NCBI RefSeq assembly: GCF_022539665.2
Contig: NC_081332.1
Location: 2,666,001-2,730,000, forward strand
Direction: 5' to 3'
Source: Daphnia carinata
Lineage: Eukaryota
Length of the DNA: 64,000 nucleotides
Under the pieces are notes generated by a model. It was given only the letters and a program-made list of their open reading frames with translations, had not been told where the DNA came from and made no database searches. Positions 23,839 through 34,529 of the stretch are shown here, in pieces. The position numbers were made by a program, and so were the translations under genes. Each line of letters opens with the position of its first letter. Within the stretch, counting starts at the first letter, position 1.

Positions 23839-25606
23839 TTATTCAGAAGCCGGTGATTTTGGTTTCACGCTACAAACATCTCCGTCCCCGCATGTCGCAG
23901 TAGAAGAAGCAGAGGCTTGTTCACTACCAGCAGCGCTCAAATTCAAGGCCTGTCGTCAACACAATACACAAACAGTTTGTTATTTAACAATCCATTCAAA
24001 GCTAAGCATATTCGATCTCAACATATTCAGACACAACCCGGAGGAGCCTAGCGTTCCCAAAAACATCCGATAAGCCCCGACCGGTCTCATCCCATCATCA
24101 CGAGGCAATCAAAAACGCGCCAGACATTCGACTCGTATCCTATTCGCTTTTAATAAACGAGAGCACTCGACCTAGTCAATGAGTTCACGACACAAGGACG
24201 GGCATTCCTTTGCAAAGAGTAATGTAATACGCCCAGACTAGACTCGGGTCGGCCGACAACATTAATAGTCGTGTGATTTCAAAGAGATTCTAGACCCACC
24301 ATATATCCTAGCGTTAAGATGATGCTACTGTTTTCTATTTTCTTGACACTCTATTCTACTTTTAATTAGTTACTTTCCATAGTTTCACTCTTCTGTCAAC
24401 GTATTGGATTGCATGGATCCGTGTCCACAGCAGAAGGTTGTTCACCGATTCATTTCGCCGTTTCTCTTCTACAGCTCAGATTAATTGATTAGTCAATAAC
24501 ATATCCAGTTTTTTTTTGCAACGGCCAGACAACTTGGAATTTCAAACCCATTTTCCCCTCTAAACTTAAAAAGACGATCCTTTTGGAACGCCACACTCAG
24601 CGCCACCTTGGTTCCCTTCTCGTCACTATTACCTGACAGCAAGACAGACAAAATCGAACCTTGAGGATGTCTTCGTTGGCGGCGTGATCGGCAGGATTCT
24701 CTTGAACGAAAGAATAAAGTACTTTTCCTCCTTTGCCCACGACTAATAGACCTCCGTTTTGGTAACCGTCCCCGCGTAGATCTCCCCCTACTCCTCTCTC
24801 CTTGCCCTGCAAACAAAAACGAAAATAAAGGTTAAGACTCATGGAAAACACTATGGACAAGGTAGAGGTTTGAATGAAAATTTACCAAGGCTGCTTGGCT
24901 GCGTGCAATTCGACTCAACAAAAGACCAGGTAAGCTCCAAATGGAAAAACGTTTGTATCCCAAGTCATTGAATGACTTCTTTTTTTCATCTATGTACAAC
25001 TCTGTAAGAAGAAGCAACCATTAAACCATCAACCCATTAATAACACAATTATTGATTTACCTCCAGCCCAAAATTTCTTTTCCACAAATTCTTCCACTCC
25101 CAACTCTTCAAGTCCGATACCGACCAGACGGACATTCTCTCGGCTGAGGCGAGGACTGAGTAGACTCAATTCCTGCGCTGCCAGCCGACAGAACATTCAC
25201 CCAAATCGTCGCATGAAGAAGATGACACTTGTTTGCTCTTGCCATAATGATCCCAAGGTCACTTGCTACAATTTCAAATAAAGAAACAAATGAAACTGTT
25301 AGGTTTTGCTTCGTTTTGCATTTGATGTAAAATTTGAGTAAACAACACCATAATTTAAATCTAAATTTTATTTATTCTATTAGTTTGTCTGATGTTTTCG
25401 ACACACAATTACTTGGCTCTGTAATGGACAGATAGCTATCAGCTAATAAAAGACTTAGTCTATTAGTACAAGTACCTGCATGTAAGACTAAATAAATGGG
25501 CAAAACAAATACAACTACTTGTTGTTTTTACCTGTTTAGTTGGCCACTTGGTTACTAGATTGACAGCGATTTTCGCCACGTCCATTGTTTGACTCTTCTT
25601 GGACAT
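23839..25606 (-). CDS. PRXL2B: Selenoprotein U family / peroxiredoxin-like 2B (FAM213B, prostamide/PGF synthase-like) with UxxC motif
   Basis: Exons 25606-25532, 25265-25061, 25001-24886, 24806-24660, 23949-23839 splice in frame to ...SLWQEQTSVIFFMRRFG(TGA)MFCRLAAQELS...VRLVGIGLEELGVEEFVEKKFWAGELYIDEKKKSFNDLGYKRFS...GDLRGDGYQNGGLLVVGKGGKVLYSFVQENPADH..EDILKALNL...CGDGDVC. Collinear with FAM213B as I recall it. A second possible ATG is at 25585. Confidence 0.9.
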
Positions 25607-26162
25607 GGTAGGAAAAAGAATAAAGAATTGTTAGAGCCTATTCAAGAATATAATCTCAAGTTATTCCCTTCACCTTTAAGCTTACCGATTATGACTACCG
25701 TTTTCTATCTTATCTTCACTTGCTTTATTGTTTTCAACGTTCGGATTACGTAATGTCGTCTGCTTCACCGAGAATAGCAAGTTGATAGCCAAATTTCATA
25801 AAAAAAGAAATTTGCATTTTTAAGTTATGACTTCATTAATTTGGCGAACTATTCTAAAATATTGTTTTAAAAAATAATGATTAGTTTCCTATTTCTAGAA
25901 TTTTCCGAATTGTGTTTACAATAACGGCCGTCAGATGCCGTTGGGATTTGTTTTTTAGTAGGGGCCAGTGACAATAAAACCCTGGTGTCCATGCTTGTTT
26001 CTTTCTACTCGATTGCCGTCCTCTTCAGCGAGAAGGTCAGTTGTGTGCATTGATGATAAACGACGAATTCGTTCGTCACGTTCAGCTTTTTTGTCTCTAG
26101 TTTGTCAACAACAGGTGGGTCGGAGCAGGGGGTGAGGAAAGATCCAGAAGAACTTTAAGGAA

Positions 26163-28739
26163 ATGAGGCCGAAACTCGATTATAATTCGGACGGTGGTCT
26201 GTGCAGCAGTTCTGCAAGTGTTTCCGGCGAAGACACTCCCAATCGCGATGAGCGGTCTCAAAGCCCGACGGATTTTGATTATAGTTCTGGTAACTCTACT
26301 CTGGCAGATAAGATTCGCTCGCGAGTTGAAAGTGGCGAAAAATTTTTCTCCCTCGAATTCTTCCCACCCAGAACCAAAGAGGGTGCTGTCAATCTATTAG
26401 CAAGGTGTGTCCAGTTGGTTGAACTCCATTTAGAAAGACAAACGTAATCACAACATAATTTGTTTCAAAAGATTCGAAAGGCTGAGGTTAGCTTGCCCTT
26501 TGTTTTGCGATGTCACGTGGCATCCGGCAGGAAATCCTGGTGGAGATACAGAGACATCGTCGATGACGATCGCCAGTGCGGCGCTTAATTATTGCGGTCT
26601 CGAGACAATGTTGCATTTGACGTGCTGCAATCTCAGTCGCGAGGACGTAATCAAACATCTCAACAGGGCGAGAGAAATGGGCATCAGGAATATTCTAGCC
26701 CTTAGGGGAGGTAATGTTCTTTGTCTCTAGTTTAGTGGTACATTCTGACGCAAGATGGCGTTGGATGTTCCTCCAAAAGCCTAAATTTTTGTAGTTAATT
26801 TTATTTAAACACATCATGATTATGCAGATCCCCCGATCGGTCAAGATTGGCATCCACCGGAAAATGGATTAAAATATGCAGTTGATCTTGTCCGGTTGAT
26901 TCGTGATCTCTTTGGCGACGATTTCAGCATTTGCGTGGCTGGATATCCCACTGGTCATCCTGATGCTACTTCCTACGAAGCCGATTTACTACACTTGAAA
27001 GAGAAGGTATTATGGTCTCGATTTTTTTTTTGTCCTTCCTTATTCATTATTTTAAATAATAGGTGGATGCAGGGGCTGATTTCATCATCACTCAGTTATT
27101 CTTCCGCGCCGAAACGTTCGTCAAATTTGTGAGTGACTGCAGAGCATTGGGTATCAACGTGCCCATCATTCCTGGAGTGATGCCTATCCAGTCGTACGAT
27201 TCTCTCCGCCAAATAGCTAAACTTTCTAAATTGGAAGTGCCTGAAGAAATCATAAACATTGTAGCGCCCCTCAAAGACAATGACGAAGCCATCCGAAATT
27301 ATGGCGTCCAGCAGGCCGTCACTCTCATTCGTGAATTGTTTAATGCCGGTGTAGCGCCCGGCGTTCATTTCTACACGCTCAACAGAGAAGTGGCTACGAC
27401 AGCTATTTTGAAGCAACTGGGTCTATGGGTCACCGAACCGAGACGGCCTTTACCTTGGCGTAGGGCTGCCAACGCCAAACGAAGCACAGAGACGGTCCGT
27501 CCCATCTTTTGGTCGTCGAGGCCTAAGGCCTACATTTACCGGACTCGTCATTGGGATGAATTTCCTAACGGACGTTGGGGCAAATCCGATTCGCCCGCAT
27601 TCGGAGAGCTCAAAGATTATTATCTGTTTTACTTGAAGGTATTTCTGATGTTGATTTTTTGCTATTTTCAATTTTAATTTCCCATCAAAAATCAATAGAG
27701 TAAGAGCTCCAAAAATGATCTGCTGCGCATGTGGGGAGAGGAATTATGTTCCGAACAAGATGTTTGGGATGTTTTTCATTGCTACCTGTCGGGACAGCCC
27801 AACAAATGTGGCGTCAAAATTACGAAAATCGCCTGGAACGATGAAGAGCTGAGCTCAGAGACATCACTTCTTCAAGAGAAATTATCTGAATTCAACAAAA
27901 AGGGAGTGTTGACTATCAATTCTCAGGTTTGACTGACTTTGTTGTACATTGTCATCAGCTTTTATTAACACTACATTTTCTTTAAATTAGCCAAATGTGA
28001 ATGGAGCTCTGAGTGATGATCCAGTCGTCGGATGGGGACCCAGAGGCGGTTATGTTTATCAAAAAGCTTATCTCGAATTTTTCACGGGCCAAGCCAATGT
28101 TCAGGCTCTTTTAAAAGTATTGCCCAGTTTTCCTAGGGTCAATTTCCACATCATCAACAGCAACGTATATTTACTTAATCCCTACATTAACTCTTGGTAT
28201 TCTAAATTAAGATATTTTCATTTCATCAGGGCACGGCGGATTACACCAACTGCCACAGACACAGGCCAGTTGCTGTGACTTGGGGCGTTTTCCCCGGACG
28301 TGAAGTCCTTCAGCCGACCGTCGTCGACCCCGTCTCGTTCAAAGTGTGGAAAGACGAAGCCTTTGCTCTATGGGGTGAACAGTGGGGCAAACTCTACCCG
28401 GAAAAGTCGACGTCCAGGGACGTGTTGACACGAATCTCGGAGACGTACTACCTCGTCAACCTGGTGGACAACGACTTTCCTCGAGAGAGTTGTCTTTGGG
28501 ACCTTCTCAACGCCATGTTTGCCCAGCGCGAGTTGGACAGCATGAGCGATTTTATCCAGCAAGACTCTGACGTCCACCTGGACGATGTCGCCCACTACGA
28601 AAATGGTCTGAGATTGACGAGACGCCAAGATTCACGAGGCGATGGGAGCTACACTCATTACACGATGGAAGAACTGGTGGAAGCTGCACATCGTCAAGAA
28701 ATGCATGATGAAATTGTGACGGGCGAAGGAAACGAGTGA
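26163..28739 (+). CDS. MTHFR: Methylenetetrahydrofolate reductase
   Basis: Ser-rich N-terminus, [68 protein letters not shown]. Exons 26163-26404, 26472-26710, 26828-27006, 27063-27638, 27699-27926, 27991-28164, 28230-28739. Confidence 0.98.
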
Positions 28740-31707
28740 CATATTTTTTTAACTTTTCTCTACAAGAATCTTTTCTGGGAGGACAACAATAGTTAGGAAT
28801 TCTATTTTGAAATGATTTTGAATCTTTATTTTGTGCGTCCTTATTTTTAAACGATGCCATAAAAAGAAATTTAGGAGTTGTGGCATTACATTGAAGGATG
28901 GGTGCATTTAATTTAAAAAAAGGATAATAGAAAAATGCAACACTGTATGGCCTTGATCTCTTTCGTTTTTTTACCATCACAAAAGCTACTGTCAATTTAC
29001 CGGGCTTTTTTCAGCCCCCTCCTCAAGCATATGTAAAAAAAACAAACAAACAAGTCAGTTCCATCCCCTCAAATTTAAATGAGATGTGCTACCACTTTCG
29101 AGACGTTTTTCTTTTGTTTCAAAGGGAGGGAATATCTATTTGCACGATTTGGAAAGGACCAATTAGCATCAACTTGGGACGATAGGGAAGAGAAGATGAG
29201 AAACGTGATCGTGTCTCGCATTTGAATTTGTTTCTTTATGCTGTCGACATGCGGTTTTCTGCTTGCCGTGTTACGTTTTAGCTTATCTCGTCGTACTTTG
29301 ACTATGGCATAATCGTGAGAACCTTGGTCGTGTTTTCGTGACCTATCTGCGGTTTATGGCTTTGGAAATTCACGGGCTTTTAAGAATTGTAATTACATTA
29401 AACGAATAGCTGATTGTCAACACATGGGCGGCGTCTTGGAAGAGAAAGATTCTCACGAGAAGATTTTTACAACAGGGCAAAAGGTGAGTACGATCGTTTA
29501 CTGATATTCTGAGACTTTGTCATAGATTAAGTTGATTTACACTCTAAATACTTGTGAAATACTTGGCTTTCTTGCAATGTCGATTAGTGCATAGAAATTG
29601 ACGTCCTTTCCACGAACTCGTAAATGATTTACAAATTATCTACTGTACGTCAATTGACTCCATGTAAGAATTGTTAGAAAACTTGATTAGCACAAGCAGA
29701 AAATGGCGGTTGTATTATTACATCGTCACGTTTGTCGACTCATTTCGCTGTACGTTTCGACATGTGTATCAGCACGTTTCGTAGCTTTTTGCTCGTGTCT
29801 TTAATTGTTTCGTGTTTCTTGTGTTGATACAACAAACAATAGTTGAGGAAATTCTATAAACTTGCTTCTCATCTTCTTTTGCTGTCGAAATCGTAGTCAT
29901 CCATGAAATTTATTGAGACTTGTGTTGCTCCCCGAACAACTTTCCTTTTTGGAGGCAAAATGCATTTGTTATTTGATTGTTTTCTACTTATTCAGTTTAA
30001 CTAGATTAGTTCCATTTTTGTGTTGTCAGTCCATGGAATTCAACTTAGCAAATCATTCAGCCTAGTCATCTTTAATGTTCCATCCCAACACGAGTTGCCA
30101 GTGGACCGGAACAAGTTAACACGGTCCATCGCTCTTCATTGTTATTCAAATCTTAATCATTCATCACAAGTGTCCCACTTGTCAAATATTTTAGAACGAA
30201 CCTAAAGGGAGGAAAAGGACAACACGATTTATTTCACGGCCGCTCATCTTTAAGTGGTACCCAATTTACTCGTTATTTTCTAACCAATATTCAAATGTGT
30301 CATCTTAATCTTTCTACAGTTTTCCCATTGAAATATCTGTAATGGACCGAAACAAAAATTTCGTTCCGGCTGAACAAGAAAAATCCAGCCACGACCTAGA
30401 TAAGTTGGTAAGCATCGGTTGCAAGTTTTGTTATCACTTTCACTGTTTGTTGTTTACTTTTCATGACCTCACGTTGTGTGGTTGTTAGATTTACGCATCG
30501 CCACCCATCGCCACCCATCGCCATTTTGTAATATCGAGCGACACGTGGTTACCAGAAAAGTAAGAGACGATCAAACGTTATGAAACATCATTTTCTATTT
30601 TTAGTTCCCTCGTAAATGACCGTGACGTTGATTGCCATCAACCAGTCTTACATCATAACTAATTTTGCGTTCCGCTTTGTAATGGCCGCTCTAGTTACAT
30701 GGGCCGAAGATGTCCAGTCTTGTGCGTTGTGACATTTTTCAAATCAGCTGGATATCACATTTGGGTCCATTCTTCCCCTTTTTCTGATGTGGTTAATAAT
30801 TTCATTTATTTAAAAGAGCAATTGTTGTAGGAATACAGGAACGCCGTTGTTGGAAGAGAAAACAAGTAGGGCCCATCCAGCACGACTTTCCCTGAGCCTC
30901 AATCAAACGATTCATATTCAATCTTTTTATTTTCTTTAACCAACTCCTTTTCCCATCGTGTTGCGTTAAGTAATTGCCATTGCAATTGTGCCAGCTCAAC
31001 CGCAATTCATTGAGGTATTTTTATATTTTGTTCTTAATAAACTTTGTTGTTAATGTTGTCGCTGCAGGAATGTGCACAAACAGCCCTTGCTTAACCACCG
31101 TTTATTATTACAAAAAGAGAAGAGGTAGTGAATAAAGGATTGTTCACGAATGGACAAATCGAGGTAATTAATGAAGGACGATATGGACGAGTTGCAGGAA
31201 GGTCGGGATTAAACGGCAAAGTCATGGATTTGGGCAAGTTGAGTTATTATTCATCTTTGGCGACGATAATCATTAATTCCTACCCACATTTTTATTAGAC
31301 GGCGATGTTGTGGTGTCGTTTGTTTTACACCTTCGAGGAAACAACTGAATCGTTAGCAAAGTGTCCTTAATCGGTAATTTCGTTTTGATATCTTTAGCAT
31401 TACGTTCATTTGATCCTAGTCATTAACAATTTTCATGTTTTTATTATCCTTGAATAGATGAAATGCTGAGCACTTGTGTATTTAACTTTCGACAATTTTT
31501 GCGTATACATTGAGTGAATTAGTCAGCAAAAGTAGTCGAATGATGATTACATTATGGAAGATGAACTATAAGGTAAGCGTTCGAATTAATAAGCCTTGTT
31601 ATAATCTACTCTATTAGAAATGAATAAGCTTTATAAAAGAACGGGGTGGAGTTTTGTCATCCCGATTGATTGGCAATTTCTTGTTTGTCTTTTTACGTTT
31701 AAAATAA

Positions 31708-34406
31708 TTAATACAAACGCCATCCTACAGGAGAATAGACGACAGATCGAGCTCGATTACTGGCCCTTGCGCTGGCTCCCAGTGCGTTACCAGCTGGATA
31801 TTTGGCAGCATCAACACCTGGAACGTACGATGAAGCAGAACGTTGATTATTGTTTCCAAAGAAGAAAGTCGATGTAGCCTCACCGTACGAAGCCGTTGAC
31901 GATGCTACTTTCTGCTGTTGTTGGCGGTAATCACCGTGAAATAATTGACCTTCTCCTACGCTGTAAGACGTTTCTTCCACAGATCCTTTCCTGCTGCTGT
32001 AACTGTCCGCTGCTGGGCTGGAAGGGTAACTTGAAGCTCCTCCATATCCGGATGCGCTGGCCGATGGTTGTTGGAAAACTGCAGTTGGGGGCATGTAATT
32101 TTCAGCCGGTTTGTTCTCGTAATTGGTCGATGAACTTTCGTAACCGGGCTGCTGGGCTGCAGCGTAAGGGGTGGCTGTTCCAGCTGATGAGTAAGTAGCA
32201 GTGGGTGGGAGATAACTGTCGGAAGGTTTCTGTACGTTGTCGTATGTTGCAGTTGCTGAACCCGAGGATGGTTGAGATGCAGCCCCGTAGTTGGATGATC
32301 CAGCTGTGGATGGATAAGAAGCAGCTGGAGGAGGTGGCAAGTAACTGTTGGAAGGCTCTTCATAGGAAACTGCTGGAGCTAGTGAAGAGGATTGCCCTAC
32401 AGATCCGTAGTTGGATGATCCAGCAGGTGCCTGATAAACAGCAGCCACAGGAGGTAAATAACTGCTGGAAGGCTCTTCGTAGGGAATTGCTTGCGAAGAT
32501 CCGTATCCTGATGAAGAAGATTGTTGTGTTGCAGGAGTTTCATAATTCGATGATCCAGCAGCACCGTAGGCCACATTAGCAGTAGAAACGGGTGGAGGAG
32601 GTAAGTAACTGTTGGACGGCTGTTCGAACGAGATTGCTGATTGTTGAGGGGAAGTGTAGCTGGATGCTGAAGATTGTTGCCCGGCAGCGGGTTGAGTGTA
32701 GGCAACAGTGGGAGGAGGTAAATAACTGTCTGAAGGTTTATTCTGTTCGTAGGAAATTGCGGGTCCCTGAGAAGAAGATTGTTGTCCTGTAGCTGCATAA
32801 TTAGATGATCCACTAGCAGGTGAAGAGTAGGCAGCAGCTGTGGGGGCAGGAGGAGGCAAGTAACTGTCGGAAGGCTTATTCTGTTCGTACGAAGCTGCAG
32901 ATCCTTGTGAAGATGAACTAATAGAAGACGGTCCAGCAGCGGAAGCAGACTGATAGGTCGAAGGAGGAGGTGGCAAGTAATTTTCAGATGGTTTCTGCAC
33001 ATTCTCGTACGCTGAAGAAACTTGGGAAGAAGATGATTGTTGTCCAGCATTGCCGTAATTGGCTTGTCCGGCTGGTGGAGGAGGCAAGTAACTGTCGGAA
33101 GGTTTAACCTGTTCGTAAGAGATTGCTGATGCTTGGGGGGAGCCGTAACTGGATGCTTGTCCATTAGCTCCATAACCAGCAGATGATCCAGCAGAGGGGG
33201 CAGTGTATGCAGCAGCCGTGGGAAGTGGAGGAGTTAAATACCTTTCAGAAGGTTTCTGGATACTTCCACTATAGGCAGCCTGTTGCTGGGATGCCTGAGG
33301 TGATGACCCGTAATTATTCTGTCCGGCAGCACCTGCGCCATAAGCTGATCCTTGTTGTTGTCCTCCAGTAGATTTGCTGCTGTCGTAAGAAGATCCTGCC
33401 GTGCCAGAAGAAGATCCATAATTGTTGCTACCTGTTGATTGTCCGTAGCTGCTGGTGGGCTGCTGTTGCGCGGGTGAATTAGGAGGTACGTAGGCATTAG
33501 TTGTTGGTTTCGGTACGTTATTGTAACTGGATGATCCTTGTGATGACGAACCAATTGCTGATTGTCCTATAGCTCCTCCGTAAGCAGTTGGTTGTTGTTG
33601 GTTGAGGTAGTTGGATGAAGAAGTGGCCCCCTGATTGTAGCCGGCAGAGCCGCTGGATGAAGATGGTCCGTATCCAGCCGCTTGTTGTTGTGATGAAGAT
33701 CCGTAATTGTTTTTAGCTGGAGCTTCGTAAGGTTTGGCTTCTCCTTCGTACTTGACCTCGGCGACGAATCCGCTGTCTCCTTGTACCCGATAGGTAACGA
33801 CTTGCGTACGTCCATCCGGAAGCAAAACGCGATAGGATCCAGTCACAACATCACCGTCGCTCTTTTCCTGATGGGCGTAGTCGTTGTTGGTTGGCTCGTC
33901 TTTCACCGCCCAAGAGAAATCGTAAGGCATTCCCTTCTGTTTTTCACACCAATTAAAATGATGAACGAGTTTCTTTCAAATTAAATCTTAGGGATGTTTT
34001 ACCTTTGCTGTGTCGTAGGCGTTGCTCGATCCGTATGTTCCGGCTGGGGATTTCTCATTTTGGTAAGTGGCCACTGCTGGTTTATTTTCTTGTTGGTTGT
34101 TGTATCCGCTGCTAGCCGATTGTTGATAGGACGAGGTGATGGCCGGATAACCTCCGCCGATTTGTGGCTGTTGGTAAGTACCAGTGGGTTGTTGCTGAAT
34201 TTGTTGGTTCTGATAATTGGTAGAACGTTCAATCTTTTTGGTCAATTTGCGCAGACCAAAACTGCCGGCCAGTTGATCGTAGTCGATTAACTGAGCGTTG
34301 ACGATGGCCACCAACCCAATGGCCAAAACGAGTGCGGAAATCTGTTGAAATATTTTACGTTAAAATTCAATCTGCTTTCTTTTGACGAAATCACCTTTAC
34401 CTTCAT
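31708..34406 (-). CDS. Pro-resilin-like cuticular protein (R&R chitin-binding domain plus PSxSYLPP repeats)
   Basis: Micro-exon ATGAAG 34406-34401; exon 34341-34003 (signal peptide ISALVLAIGLVAIVNA); exon about 33936-31708 with PYDFSWAVKD...HQEKSDGDVVTGSYRVLLPDGRTQVVTYR..DSGFVAEVKYEG, then about 10 (K/E)PS(D/N)SYLPPP repeats in S/G/Q/Y/A-rich sequence. Confidence 0.9.
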
Positions 34407-34521
34407 TGCAGTTACTTAAAAACGATTGAGGCTTTAATTTCGAGAGTAGAAAGAAAATGAGAGCAGTTGCACGGTCGGTAGCTGAAATGGTTTCTGTGCC
34501 AAAAGTGTAAGGACGTGTGTC

Positions 34522-34529
34522 TTATATAC
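34522..34529 (-). promoter_or_regulatory. TATA box of the cuticular protein gene
   Basis: GTATATAA on the minus strand, about 115 nt upstream of the ATG. Confidence 0.55.

Noticed and set aside
24493..24659. Alternative terminal exon or read-through for the SelU-like gene
   Set aside because: The exon at 23949-23839 gives the family-like ending (ILKALNL...C...VC) in the correct phase; this segment does not.
25197..25199. Calling the PRXL2B-like gene a pseudogene
   Set aside because: The only lesion is a TGA exactly at the catalytic Cys column, and all exons and phases are intact.
31896..33815. Multiple overlapping ORFs in the cuticle gene
   Set aside because: Alternative-frame or antisense shadows of a repetitive CDS.
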